A stretch of DNA of 64,000 nt from Lama guanicoe (GCA_013239625.1 MU054187.1:24492433-24556432); one strand, 5' to 3'; shown: positions 1 to 14,074, counted from the first letter of the stretch. Notes: a model not told the origin generated them from the letters alone. Numbers and translations are program-made.

Positions 1-3000
1 AAAAGGATTTCAAAATCACAAAAGGTGAGAGGGGGAGCAAGAAAATAGATGTTTTTCTTTCTCTCCTTTTTTTTCTTATTTTTCTTCATTCTTTTTAGGA
101 TGTGTTTGGATGTACATGATTATCAGTTTAAAGCAAACAGATATAGTAAGGGGTTAGCATACTTGAAAAACAGGGTAACTATGAATGAAAAGCACACAAT
201 AGGCTTACAAAAACCAAAAACAAACCAAGCTAATACAAAGGAAAATTATCAAACCACAAAAAGAAAAACAAAAAGGAAAAGAGAGGAACAAAGAAATACC
301 AAATTAACTGGAAAACAAAGTTCAAAATGTCTATAAACACACATCTATCAATAATTACTATGAATGTCAATGGACTAAATGCTCCAATCAAAAGGCATAG
401 AGTGGCTGACTGGATAATAAAACAAAAGCTTCCATATCCTACCTACAAAGAGCCACTTTAGAGTGAAGGACACACATTGATTGAAAATGAAAGGATGGAA
501 AAACATATTTCCTGCAAATGGAAATGACAAGAAAGCAGGAATAGTAATACTCATATCAGACAAAATGGACTTTAAAGCAAAGGCCATAAACATAGGTAAC
601 AAATGACACTATATAATGATCAAAGGAGCAATACAAGATGAAGATATTACACTGGTTAACATATATGCACCCAATATATGATCACCTAAATATAAAAAAC
701 AAAATACTAACAGACATAAAGGGAGAAACTGATGGGAATACAATAATAGTAGGAGAATTTAACACCCCACTAACATCATTGGACAGGTCTCTCAGACATA
801 AAATCAATAAGGCAATAGAGGTATTAAATGACACAGTAGAACAGTGGGACTTGATTCTTATTTTTAGGACATTACATCCCCCAAAAGCAGAATATACATT
901 CTTTTCAAGTGCTCATGGAATATTCTCTAGGATATTTCACATACTCAGGCACAAAAGAAGCATCAACAAATTTAAGAGGATAGAAATTACTCCAAGCATC
1001 CTCTCTGACCACAAAGGCATGAAACTAGAAATCAACCACAGAAAAGAAAAGAGAAAAAAAATGGCAGCATGGAGAATAATCAACATTCTACTAAAAAATC
1101 AACGGGACAATGATGAAATCAAAGAAGACATTTAAAAATACCTTGAGACAAACGACAATGAAAACACAACCACACAATATCTGTGGGATGCAGCAAAACC
1201 AGTCCTAAGAGGAAAGTTCATAGCAATACAGGCCTTCCTCAAAGAAGAACAATCTCAAATAATCATCCTAGCCTACCACCTGAAATAATTAGAAGAAGAA
1301 GAACAAACAAAACCCAAAGTTAGCAGAACGAAATAAATACTAAAGATCAGGGAAGAAATAAATAAAAGAGATTTAAAAAAATAGAAAAAAATCAATCAAA
1401 CCAAAATCTGGTTTTTTGAAAGAGTAAACAAAATTGACAAACCTCTGAGTAGGATCACCAAAGAGAAAAGAGAGCACACAACTAAAAAAAATAAGAAATG
1501 AAAATGGAGAGATTACAACCAACACTACAGAAATACAAGAAAGCAAAGAGAATACTATGAACTATATGGCAAAAAAATGGACAACTTAGAAAAAAAATCA
1601 ACAAATTTCTAGAAACATACAGTCCACCAAAACTGAATCAAGAAGAAATAGATCACTTGAACAGACCAATCACTAGAAGTGAAATAGAGCAAGCTTAAAA
1701 AAAAAACAAAAAACACCTCCCTGCAAATAAAAATCCAGCACCAGATGGCTTCACAAAGGAATTCTATCAATCATACAAAGAAGAGCTCACATCAATCCTT
1801 TTCAAACCCTTCCAAAATGCTGAAGAAGAGGGAATACTCCCAAACTCATTCTATGAAGTCACCATCATCCTGATACCAAAGCCAGACAAAGACACTCCCC
1901 AAAAAGATAGCTATAGGCCAATATCAGTGATGAACACAGATGTAAAAATATTCAACAAAATATTAACAAACAGAATTCAATATCACATAAAAGAAGATCA
2001 TACACCATAATCAAGTTGAATTCACCCCAGGGACACAAGGATGGGTCAACATATGCAAGTCAATCAACATGATACACCACATCAACAAGAAAAAGGACAA
2101 AAATCACATGATCATCTCGATGGATGCAGAAAAGTATTTGATAAAATTCAACACCCACTCATGATAAAAACTCTTACCGAAGTGGGTACAGAGGGACCAT
2201 ATCTCAACATAATAAAAGCTATTTATGACAAATCTCAGTCAGAATAATACTTGGTGAAAAGCTGAAAGCCTTCCCCTAAAATCTGGAACAAGACAAGGAT
2301 ACCCACTCTCACCACTTCCACTCAATATAGTATTGGTAGTTGTAGCCATAGCAACTAGGTAAGAAAAAGAAATAAAAGGGATCCAAACTGGAAGAGAAGA
2401 ATTAAAGTTGTCATTATATGTGGATGACATGATACTATATATAGAAAATCCTAAAGGCTCCATACAAAAACTACAGAAGATAATAAGAGAATTTGGCAAG
2501 GTAGCAGAAGACAAGGTTAACATACAGAAATTAGTGGCATTTCTTTACATTAAAAATCACTTTTAAAATTGCATCCAAAAAAACAAGTTAGGAATAAATC
2601 TGACCAAGGAAGTGAAAGAATTATATGAGGAGAACTACAAAACATTGACTAAGGAAACTAAAGATGACTTAAAGAAATGGAAAGATATCTTATGCTCCTG
2701 GATTGGTAGAATCAATATTGTTAAAATGGCCAAACTACCCAAAGCAATCTATAGGTTTAATGTGATCTCTATCAATTTACCCAGGACATTTATCATAGAT
2801 TTAGAACAAATAATCCTAACATTTATATGGAATCACCAAAGACCCAGAATTTCCAAAGCATTACTGAAGAAAAAGAATGAAGCTGGAGGAATAACCCTTC
2901 CCAACTTCAGACAATACAACAGAGCTACAGGCATCAAAACAGCATGGCATTGGTACAAAAACAGACATATAGGTCAATGGAACAGAATAGAGAGCCCAGA

Positions 3001-3220
3001 AATAAACCCACAAATTTTTGTTCATTTAGTCTTTGACAAAGGAAACAAGAACATACAGTAAAGACAGTCTCTTCAGTAAGTGGTGTTGGGAGAACTGGAC
3101 AGCTGCATGTAAATCAATGAAGTTAGAACACTCCCTAACACCATAAAAAAAATAAACTCAAAATGGTTTAAAGTCTTAAACATAACACAAGACACTATAA
3201 ACCTCTTACAAGAAAACATA
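1..3220 (+). mobile_element. LINE-1 fragment: inter-ORF spacer plus decayed ORF2 (endonuclease and RT), 3' truncated, continuing past the window start
   Basis: ORF2 start-like ATG at 327. ORF pieces 638-1135 (EN: TIIVGEFNTPL, YTFFSSAHG, SDHKGMKLEI), 2041-2247 and 2612-3061 ([17 protein letters not shown]). RT motif reads YVDD at ~2417-2428. Many stops and frameshifts. L1 similarity stops at ~3220 with no 3'UTR or poly(A). Confidence 0.97.
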
Positions 3221-4864
3221 CACAAATAGAAAAAGTGATAACTTTCTCCCACTCACACATGCAGCCTTCTCCTAAAAACATTACTTGAAACCTGGGCTTC
3301 ACTGGTTGATCCATCATCAGTTGAAAAGGAAAATACATTGACTTTTTTTTTTTAATTTCACCTATAAAAATCAGGCATTGCACACTAAATTTTAAAGTTT
3401 ATGCATTTATATTTTGTGATACATGTTTAAAGTTCTTCACCAATTGAAGCAGAATGATTAGAGAATTAAATTCATTTACAGTTCTAAACTGCTGGGTCTT
3501 TTTAAACTTTAAAAGATGTTCAGCTTTTTCTCTACTCAATATTTTTAGAAAAAGAATCTTGCTTATTTATTCATTGTAATCATGATTAAGAGAGAATCTG
3601 CTTGTTTTATTATTTTGTGCTCCGCCACATTCTGTGAGCTTATCAGTCACTCTCACGCCTCATTACCTGGAAAGAAGTGCCTCAGAATACACAATAAAGC
3701 ATCTCTCAGAGGTGCCTGACTTCAGCAAGCAGCAAGTCACTGTGTTTTGTTTCCAACGGAAAACAGTGTTATGTTCAGAAGGCCGGACAATACTGTCGGT
3801 TGTCATCAGTTTTCATGAAAAAACATTTAAAGCCAAATCATAATTTGTCCTTGGCTGGCTAGTTTTCCTTTTATTTTAGAAAATTTGTTTAAGGAAATAA
3901 TGCTCAAGCCTGGGATTTTTTTTTCACAGAAATGTATTTTGAAACATTAGGTAGCAATAGGCTATGTTTTGCAGAAGTGGTTGCTCTGTAGAGTAATTGT
4001 CATAACTTTACCTGCAGAAGCCTTTTACTTCCTGAATTTTTTACATCCTTAAGTTCTTAGCATCCTTTAACCCTAAGTATTGATCTGATAGACAATGTGG
4101 TTCTTAAAGGCAAAAAACACATTTTATTCAACTTTGTACTCCCAGCACCTCAGTGCTTGTCACATCAGCAGTCGTCTCATAATCAGAGATTTTATGAAAT
4201 CCTTGATATTAATTACTGAAGTGACCTACTTCTAAACAGTCAAAGTTCTGGAATGTTCTACCTTCTCAGATTGGGACTACATATGAAAAAACTAGATCCC
4301 CTACTTTCAATCAACTCTCACTAATACTAAACAGTTACCACATATGTAACTCCAATATTTTTTAAAAAGTTGGTCTGAATGAAGCTAAAATTTCCAGCTA
4401 ATGTGTATGCTGGGGGTAAATGTGTAAATTCACTGTACTGTACCATTTGTTTTTGAGAAATGTGGGGGAAATGTGGCCCTATCTTAATAGATGTGAAATT
4501 TCTGAAAAAAAAGATACCAATCTTCTTTGCTGGAGGTTGGAAAACTTCTATTTATGCATATTTGATGATTTATTACTTATCTCAATTAATAGGGTTTTTT
4601 TAAATTTTTCTTTACATATTTACAAGGATTTTCTAGTCCTTGGATTTTTAAAATGATATGACTTTAATTTTTTAAATGACTGTTTCATTAATAGAAAATA
4701 ATGCAGAAGTAGAAATTAGCACTCTATTGGCCTGGGTAACATGGAATGAAGCGAGTATGAGACCACCCTCAGTATATGAGATTGTCTGCAGTTAACTCAG
4801 CACCACCATCACTCCCTCTAAATATCCCCCAAAGCCCCTTCCCCTCATGGTTCCAGGATAGCGT

Positions 4865-5267
4865 TGTAATAACAAGTCTACCAGTTTTGATGTTTGACTG
4901 CTGACAGCTTGCAAGCCACATCACTGACCTTTCCCCTTCTTCCACGCATCTGGATGAGCTGATAAGAAAGTGCAGGCACACCTTCCTTTGGCATCAGCAG
5001 GAAGTGCAAACCGCACAAGCTCCAGCCTGTACATGCGCAGGAATCATGCCACCCCTTCCTCCTAACTGCAACGAACACCAGTCTCCTTTCTCAGCTCTCT
5101 TTCAAACCATTTTTGGACCTGCCTGATAGCCTCCCCAGAAAGCGTCACTTTGTGAGTAATAAAACTTTTCATACGTTCTTAATATGTGCATGGATGTCAT
5201 CAGTCTTAATATCTAAACCAAATTTTGGATGGAGGACCCATCTCATTTTTACAAGGTGAATCCAACA
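4865..5267 (+). mobile_element. Old solo LTR, probably ERVL class (MER73/MER74-like; family tentative)
   Basis: TG...CA ends, ~400 bp, AATAAA at ~5158. Motifs TTTTGATGTTTGACTGCTGACAGCTT and GCTGATAAGAAAG recalled from ancient eutherian LTR consensus sequences. Confidence 0.6.
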
Positions 5268-6901
5268 ATTACGCCAAGGAAAGGCCATAATTCCCCAGAG
5301 AAAGATGTGGCCACATGCATGAGCAATGCTTCGTAAACCTCTCACTTTAATGCTGCATAGGGGCCAGTTAATGGAAGCTCCCGAGAGAATCGAGATTTGC
5401 AGTGGCTTCTGGGTGAGCCTAAAGAACTACCCCCTTCAGAGGTGACTTCCCCACCCTTTTTCCTTAACCCTTCCAGTGATGGTGTGAACCTCAAATTCCC
5501 TACAAACTCCTCCATTCTTAGAATACAGGGATTTCTGTTTTCTGGACTGAACCCTGACCATATACTCCGGGACAACAGTCTCCGATTTAGCCCACAGATC
5601 GGCACTCAATAAACACTCATCCTGCGGTGGCAGGCTTGCTTCTTTATTCATCAGAGTATGTATGAGTCAGCAAAATGAGGTCGTGGGAGGGAATCTGAGC
5701 AAGAAAACCTGTATGTATGTCCAGGGGGCAGTTTTGAACAGCAATTTGAAAAAGGAGGGCAGGCAACTTTCCGCAGATGAGACCAATCCCACAGCCAGAG
5801 CTGAAGCAGAGAGGGAATGAGCTACCACGTGGCATTGAGTGAGGGCAGGACGCTTTTATTTTTTTCCACTACAGTGCATTATTTACAAATTTGTTGAATA
5901 ATTGGTTGTTGGTTAGGCCAACTTTTACTGGCCTACACAGATTTTGTAGGTGTCTCCTGTGTATCTTCAAGGAATCACATGGCTCCCCTTTTGCCTCAGT
6001 TATCATACCCTGCATGAGAGCTGGCAGGAACAGACATATCGAGGAGTAAAGCCAGCTACGGGTGCCCAAAGAAGCAAAAGTGACAGCAGCTTCAAAGACT
6101 AAAGGTGAAACACACTTTCATGAAGAGTCTCTATAACTGATTGTCAGAAAGTAAAACCAAAATGAGGACCAAATGATCTACATATCTGTGGCTTGCTCTT
6201 GTTCATATAAATTCTTTGGGAACTGTGTTGCTGCCCAAATTGGCTTTAATGCCCATGAACCTCTTCAGGGGAGATTATTTCTAAGACTCCTAAAAGCTAC
6301 TAAATAATTCTTGACATTGTTTTAAAATTTTATACCACTTTGGCTAAAAATTTTGCAGAAATCATCAATTCCCCTATTATGGCATCCATGAAACCATGTT
6401 CTGCGGCTGTGAGCAGTTATACTGCAACATATACCAATGACAAATACCAGTATCATGAATAAATGGCTCAAATTTTCATTCTATGTCCTCATGCAAACAT
6501 CACCAGAATTTGCCTGCTTATTATCTTTTCCTGATACCTCTTCTGATCCTTAACTACATCTCCTCCATCTTCCAATCCAAGATCAATGGCTCCTTTTCTT
6601 TGAGTTAAGACTATGTTCAACTCACTGGTTTTCTTCTTATTCACCTCCAAGATAAAGCCAAAACACTAGAAATCGCAACGTATTCTTATAAATTTCAAAT
6701 TTACTGAAAGAACTGGTATGGGAGAATTGAGCATAAGGGGAATATTTTGCTTGCTGCAGGATGAAATTCACTTGTAAGGTACTGTGTGAAAATATCAAAT
6801 TGTCAGCAATTACCGCATAACTGTGGATGTCCTGCTGAGGCAGTTAGCTTCATCCTTTGTTCTTTAGGGTAAGATTGCCATGAGTACTGCATCCTGATTC
6901 C

Positions 6902-7056
6902 TTTTTTTTTTTTTTTTTTTTGAGTTATAGTCCGTTTAAAATGTTGTGTCAGTTTCTGGTACAACACACAATTTTTCAGTCCTACATGAATATACATATA
7001 TTCATTTTCATATTCTTTTTCACCATAAGCTGCTTACTATGAGATCTTGGACATTA
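6902..7056 (-). mobile_element. Very short 5'-truncated L1 (3'UTR tip plus poly(A)) with target-site duplication
   Basis: T-run at 6902-6921, then sequence matching the other L1 3' ends in the window. Direct repeat CATCCTGATTCCT at 6890-6902 and 7057-7069. Confidence 0.9.
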
Positions 7057-8810
7057 CATCCTGATTCCTAATTGAACACTATGAGCCTCAGTCTGGGATT
7101 TCTGAACCAACAAAGATAGGAGTGATATCATTTAGGTTTCATCCTGATGAAGGTGAGTGACCAAGATGGCAGAATGCTGAGCAGGAATCACTGGCAATCA
7201 ATACTGGTAATAAAATGTTTTAGAAACAATAATGTCACACAAGTAAGTAAAAATAGAGCCTTATCCAAATGCAAAATACTCACCTATATGTTCTTGCATT
7301 TAGATATGTAAACACAAAGTTATATTCATTCATATTCATCACGTGTTCATTCACATGTGACCCATAATAGACCCGGATGGATTCAGAAACCCAGCTCCCC
7401 ACAACTGCAAGAACTTAGGTTAGCAAATTCCCTGGATAGAGCACAAACGTGTGTGTATCTAGGCCCACACTACTCCAGCAAACATTCACACAAACATACT
7501 ACAACTGTACCGCTGTTAGTATCCAGAATCCCTCAGCCACGTACAAAGTCCACTTTCTGTCATTTACGCTTATCTGCAATGTAACTGTGTGATGCGATCA
7601 GTACTTTCCCTAAATAGTTTGTCTCTCTTCACTGATTAACAGTTAAGTTCCCATAGAACGTTATTTTGACAATCTTACTGATGAAAGATCCACAATAAAA
7701 AGTAAAATAAAACTGAAGCACACTTCAGACTGTGAGTGCAAAATATTGAATCATCTTTTCTACCAAGAAATTTCCAAGTTAACTGTTTAGTCCTCTTCTA
7801 GTACTCTTCAGAAAGTTGAATATTCTGGAGTACTTTTAGAACAGAGTAGTCATTTAAATAATAGTATTTTCCCCTTTGCTTTGGATTATGGTCTGTATAA
7901 AAGTGCTTTGAAAACTAAAAAATATTTCTATATTAATTAAAATATATAAACACTTCAGGCTAAGTGTAGACATGTGAAATTGCTGTTTGATTTTAGGAAC
8001 AGAGTACCTTGAAGAAGAACTAAACTCTTGTGCCATTAAATAGCATATTATTGAAAGAGTTAAGGGGAAAAGATCAATACATAATAAAATATATGCTGAA
8101 AATAATAGGAAAAGGCCACAAACTTGCAGAAATAAAGATCTTCGGGTATAATAACTAAGACTATTGACATTGTTAGCTATGACATAACAGAGTGTTTATC
8201 CAAAGGTCTTTGTAGAGTTCATTCTAGGTTTTGCTTGTATTAAGAAATGAAATTTCATATATGTTAATTATACTATCCCCCTGCTGTTTTTAGTACTAAT
8301 GCAAATTCATAAGATGTGATGTCCTTTCAAAGCAATTGAGATTTCAACCTTCTGTTCACCTATTGATGTCATTCTGTCTCTTGAAAAAGGACAAAGTTAA
8401 CGTCAGAATCCAAGGCACAAATATTAATTTTATATGCTATTCAACACCCACACGAAAGTTGATCTGATTATAAATTATACTCAGAAGGCTTCCTCTTTCA
8501 TATTTTCGGATTAAGTCCCTGTTATAAACATGTCAAAGTTCATGGTTGGTAAAGCACTATGTTTCAGTACAGTCAGTGGACCATAAAACCGTTAGACACA
8601 AATTGCTTTGCACGTTGATAAAAAGCAAGAGCTGTGTCTAAAGCAAAGGTCCTACTCCATCAGCAGTGTCCTACAGGCAGCAAGGGTAGCCAAGGGCCTA
8701 AAAGGTCAGGTAACCATTGCAAAGTAAGTTAGCTTTCCATTTTGTAAACAACTAAGTTAGAAAATCTAGATGGTAATAATTGTTACATTTTTTAACTAAT
8801 AATATTACCT

Positions 8811-9412
8811 TGTCTGGAATGGTTTACTCATACTCCATTCTCTCCTTCTAGTTGAGAAGCTGGAAAACACAATTTATATTTCCCAGACTCCCTTGCAATT
8901 ATGATGCCTATATGCAAATCAACTTCTACCATGGCAATATACTCAATTAATATATGGAAGATAGAACGGAGGCAGAGACCACCTTCCTGGGGCTCTTGGC
9001 TGTTGCTGCTGGCTATCATGGTCATGGAACATGACACTTGGCTACAGAAACTTTATATTACTTATTTCCCAGCTTCCTAATCATCCAGAAGCAATGGAGG
9101 AAGCAATGGCTTCCCAGTTTAACTTCCCTGCATTAGTATTTCGGTTGCCCACTCTCCAGATTTTTCAGACAGTTAAAGAAGCAGAGACAGACGGTCTTGC
9201 TCTCTCATATCTTTAATAGTGGCCCAGAGGCACTAGCTGGCTCTCCCAGATCGCTTCTGCATAGCTCTGACACGCATCTAAGAAGTTCATTCTGGAACTG
9301 CTCCTTGGGCCCTTCCAGTGAATTTGTAAGCTCCAAATTCCCTGAATTAAATCCCTACCTGCTAAAAATACCTAGACTGGTTTCTGTTTTGTGCACTGAA
9401 CCCTGACTGACA
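8811..9412 (+). mobile_element. Ancient ERVL solo LTR (LTR33-like)
   Basis: Starts TGT. The 3' end TTTGTAAGCTCCAAATTCCCTGAATTAAATCCC...CTAGACTGGTTTCTGTTT...CACTGAACCCTGACTGACA matches the recalled LTR33 terminus. Confidence 0.7.
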
Positions 9413-9459
9413 CCTTACATTTTTGTAGATGTATACAATTTATAAAATCGATTATGTGA

Positions 9460-9660
9460 TATGGTCAGAGACTAGCTGTACAGCTGGGCTCTGATCCTGG
9501 TCTCACCATGCACTAGCTGCTAGATCACTTAAATTTTCCTGTCTTCAGTTTTCTTATTTCTAAGGTAAGGATAGTAATAACTTCATCACAAAGTTAATTA
9601 TATTAAATTAGATCTTAGAAATCAAGTGCTTTTCACAGCATCAAGCATACAGTTGGTGCT
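9460..9660 (+). mobile_element. MIR SINE remnant
   Basis: Core-like CTGGGCTCTGATCCTGGTCTCACCA...CTTCAGTTTTCTTATTTCTAAGGTAAGGATAGTAATAAC. Confidence 0.6.
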
Positions 9661-10821
9661 TTAAGTCAGTTTCCTATTCTTACACATACATCACGTCATT
9701 TATGTCTCATTCAGTGAGTGTTTGATACTCAGAAAAATGTATCCCTTGTTTACAAACATAAATCTTATTTATCTCTATTGAAAACAAATATTACTTCTCT
9801 CATCAGTCTCTGAATCTGAGCCTTATCAGACACATGCTGGGTTATCAATAAATGAACTTGATTAATCTATATCCAAACATATGACACTAAAACTGTCAGT
9901 TTATTAACATTGACACATGTGCTCTTCTCTGCGCAATGCAGAGAATGTCAAGGGAAATCTCCATTCAAAAATCCAAGGTTCACACAAAGTTAAGCTGACT
10001 AACCACTGGGCTACTGTTTACTGTGAACAGCTAGAAACTAGTGCTTGTTGCCTTTTTCTCCAACATTTTTTATATTTTAAACCTTGTAACAAACGTTAAG
10101 GTTAGTACTCTTAATATTAGTAAGGGATCCAGGCTATTAATCCACTTGTCATCGTGTGACCCTAGACACATTTCCAGCCACCCTGAACCTCACTCCCAAT
10201 ATTAAAATTCCTATCTGATAGGGCAGTTGTGAGAATTTAATAAGCCATTTTGTCTTCTTATTCTATAAGACATTCTATACTCTGGAATTGCTAAGCTTCT
10301 AGCCCTAAGAGATGATATTCCCATACAACAATCAGTTTTCCTAAACTCTCTTGTCTCTTGAACTTCAATACAGTCAAATCCTTCCTAGTTGTGCTATGAA
10401 CCTGGAAAATTACAGCCACTTTCCTTAACTTTCTCTTGTCTATCCATCTTCTTTTAGGATTTTTAATTCAATGACTTTGTGATTGTTTCTATCCAAGACA
10501 CACATCGACTTTAAAATCCCCCACTGTTCACCAGACACAAAAATAAACAAAAATGCTTCATCCTGGTTGATTTCACTTTAGAGACTGCCCCTCGGGGTGT
10601 GCATGGGGGTACACTAGGGAGTGCCATCCGGGGATGCGGCCTGCTTGACCATCTGCAGGATAACAGGTTGTCCTGTCAGCCAGCTGGGTCAAGTTCCACA
10701 GTAGCAATTTTAAAGTTTCAGCCCATCAAGACAAGATTCAGGTGAGCATTTGTTTTGATAAACTGACCTTGTTCATTCTCTCCCCTTGATGGACAAGCTC
10801 ATTATTATCCGCTCATGCCTT

Positions 10822-11456
10822 TGATGCAGGAAAACAGGTGTAGGGCATGAGAAGGGCCATGTCCCAGGTCTCGGCTGAGCCCCTGGGACGTGCCCCGCCA
10901 AGTGTGGGTCCTTGGCTTCTCGCAGGAAAGAATTCAAGAGCGAGCCACAGTTGAGTAAAGGTAGATTTATTCAGAGAGACACATTGAAAGGCAAGAGAAA
11001 GGCCACGAGGTGTGGGGGTTGGGTGCTCAGGTTAAAAGTAGGTACACACTCCATAGACTGAGTGAGGGCCATCTCCAAAGAGAGAGAGAGAGGACAGGCA
11101 GCTGCAAGGAACCATGTTGCCAGTTTTTATGGGCTCATTGGCTTCATACGCTGGTAAGTGGAAGGACCAGTCTAAGTAGCCTCAGGAAGTGGCTGGGATT
11201 CCCCAGAATTTGGCCATTTCCCACCCTTTGACCGGTTGTGGCTAGCCTTGGGACTGCCATGGTGCCTGTGGGCGTGTTATTCACCATGTTAATATATTAC
11301 CATGAGCATATAATGAAGCTCAAGACCTGCTAGAAGTCAAATCTCCCACGTCTTGAGCCTCAAGGCCTCCTGGGGGTTGAATCTTTCACCATTTTGATGT
11401 TAATTGCTGTGTAATTCCTTGAATGGCTGTGCCCTGCCCCCTTCCCTCCTGTCTCA
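10822..11456 (-). mobile_element. Relatively young ERV1-class solo LTR
   Basis: The minus strand begins TGAGACAGGAGG at 11456. AATAAA (tttatt) at ~10966-10971. U5-like CTTGGCTTCTCGCAGGAAAGAATTCAAGAGCGAGCC is typical of ERV1/MER4-group LTRs. GC-rich with CpGs retained. Left boundary uncertain (10822 or 10860). Confidence 0.75.
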
Positions 11457-11569
11457 GTCCTTACCACCTGCTTTCAGTGCTGGTAGCATCATGCTAATTT
11501 GCTCTGAAGAATCAAGGGACTTCATTGGTATGGATACTTTAGTGAAGATTTTTCTTTATTATTTTTAGT

Positions 11570-11705
11570 AATACAACCACCCATTTATCGATTGCCTAAT
11601 GCATATTCAGCTTCTAAATATTTCACTTGTATTATTTAATCTGTACAACAACCCTGTATGACAGGTGTTATTATCACCCATATTTTACAGATGAGAGGAA
11701 TTTTA
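11570..11705 (-). mobile_element. MIR SINE remnant
   Basis: ATTTAATCTGTACAACAACCCTGTATGACAGGTGTTATTATCACCCATATTTTACAGATGAGAGGAA is the reverse MIR core. Confidence 0.75.
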
Positions 11706-13389
11706 GGAGAGTAGTTAAGGAGGGCTGGCTTTCAGGAGAGATAACTGAATTTTTTTTTTCCTCAGAACCACCAAGATTTATTGTGAGCCTGCTTGGTGTC
11801 GGTGGCCAGAGGGCAGGGGATCCATCCCACCTGGAGCAAATGGTCTGGGGACGGGGAGACGAAAGTAAGAAATGACAAAGGTGGCAATGCTGCAGAGAAG
11901 AAGCACGGGCCACAGGCAGGAGGCATCGGGGGATGGGACTGGCAGGATGAGGGGGTGGCGGAATGGCAGTGTGGGCGGAGAGGACGGCGTCCTCCACCAA
12001 CGGGACATGGTAAAAATTTCAAACTCATTACTTACTAGAAATGTGTCCTTGGAAAATTTACAGTTTCTTCATCTGTGAGAACAATGGCAATGATACGTTT
12101 CTCCTGAGCTTGCTATAAAAGGTAAACGCGCCTGGACCACAGTGTAAAGACAGAGGCTTTGTAAAGGCAGATGAAGAACCAACAATCAGAGGTCAAGCGA
12201 GCTGCCCCAGTCACCAGCCCACAAGGCAGCCGTGCCCCGGAGTAGCCCTACCGCAACGTGGTGGGTTTTGCAAAGAGCTGCATCTCTCTCTATAGCTCTG
12301 GAGTCCTTCATCTAAATCCATTTGGATAAATAAATACAAAACAGGAAAGCAACAGTCACTGCAATAACACCAGCAACAAGCACCCTGCAAATTCAACTGC
12401 CCTCCCTCAGAATAGGTCTTTCCTAGCCTGGATTGTTAAGGTCAGATGTGGACTCAGTGATGGCGGCCCCGTTTCTCTTCCCTGGCTTCCTGCGGGTTGG
12501 TCTGTCTGTGACACTAACTCATCCATTAAGAGCTCGGTGAGTCAGTGCCCACGCCAAGGCTGAGTCACATCGATGAGCGGTGCAGCAGTCGTGAGGCTCT
12601 GGAGACAGCAATTAAAAATGACCTTTGTTGGTGAATTAGGTATCCCCACACCCCTGGCACCCTACTTTCACATCGGTATCAGCAAAGAAGGTACTGCCTG
12701 GTACATGAGAAGAAAATGTGATTACTGAGAAAGATACGATGATACAAGATGAAACAGAGAGAAAGGTTCTTACCCAAGATGATTGGGCTGGGCTAAAACC
12801 TTCCATTTTGCTTTTTGTTTGTTCAGTTTAGCACTGCAGAGAGCTGTTTATTTAAAATTCGAACTTTTTAAGTTCTCATAAAAGGAGTCCCTTTCTCTCT
12901 TATTGACATCATTTTTTTCTCATTTAGCCATTGAAATTGCCCCCAGGCCTACCCTTTTGTGTCTGATGCTTTGCTGGAACTATCAAAATAACGAAACATA
13001 AATTCTAAGAAAAATCTTGCTTACTCCTACTCTCTCCTATTACTTTCTTTAGGAACACAAGACACAGTCTATCCCTTCATTATCAGCTGTAGGTATTTTA
13101 ACAAGATCTTTTTTCCTTATAACGCTAAGCCTGGTACAATATTCCTTAAAGTTAATCCAAACAAGTATGATATCTCATGGCTTCCAGAGTGAAAGAACAA
13201 AGGAGAAATCACCAACCAGCTTTCTCTTTACTGAACGTTCTGTTTTTTGAAGAAGCAAACTCTTTCCTTTGGTAGAAAATGCCAGTTGGTGCTGACAAAC
13301 ACTTGCGAAACTTCTGTCTTTTTGAAAATAGCAAATATCTAAAAATTCACAAGATTTTTCACAGATTATAAGAAATTAGTTGGAATAGG

Positions 13390-13770
13390 TGTGCTCTCAA
13401 AGGCCAGACTTCCTGAGTCCCAGCCCTGCTTTCCCAGCTGTCTCTCCCGCATTCTCATGTGGAAGTCCTGCCAAAACCTTACACTCAGCTTGTTCAAAAC
13501 TGAAATTGCCACCCTGTCTCCCAGCCTTCTCACAGAAAAGGGCGCCCCCAGCTTGCTGTGCAGATGTGTTCAGATTCCCCCTCCCCTTTACTACGTGTAT
13601 GCAGTTCCTCATGAAGTGCTGTTGTCACCTCTTTGCGTCAATGGCTCCTGCTCATCTCCTGCTTCCTATTCACATTGGTTGGCCCCTGCCATCTCTCGAA
13701 TGACCTACTGCAGAAACCTCACTCTAATATCCTTCACACAGTCACCAATGTCATCTTTCTAAAATACAGA
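13390..13770 (+). mobile_element. L2 LINE remnant
   Basis: CCTTACACTCAGCTTGTTCAAAACTGAAATT and ACTGCAGAAACCTC...ATCCTTCACACAGTCACCAATGTCATCTTTCTAAAATACAGA resemble the L2 3' region. Confidence 0.6.
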
Positions 13771-14074
13771 CTAGTTTCCAGCTGCCTACAGAATGGAGTC
13801 AAGTTCTAATCTAGCACCTGCCTGCCTCTCTGGTCCCATCCCTTTCCATCCTTCCCACATGCAGATGATCACGCCACACTGGAAAACTCACTGTTGCCCA
13901 AACATGCTTCACACGTCCTAAACTTTTTTCCTCTGATGCTGGTGCCCTCTCTTCCTGGAGTTCCCCAAACAGCCTATCTCACCTCTCCTTCCTGGTGCCT
14001 GCCCTGAATTTTTCAAAACAGTATCACTCTTTCTCTCCTAAGTGCCCAGGTGAACACTATAGTTCTCCACAGCA

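Noticed and set aside
327..3220. Active L1 ORF2 (also 49471-52595)
   Set aside because: Fragmented by many stops and frameshifts, 3' truncated, and the first copy has YVDD instead of YADD.
11627..12078. Cluster of overlapping ORFs in a GC-rich patch
   Set aside because: Partly MIR-derived, low-complexity translations explained by local GC content.
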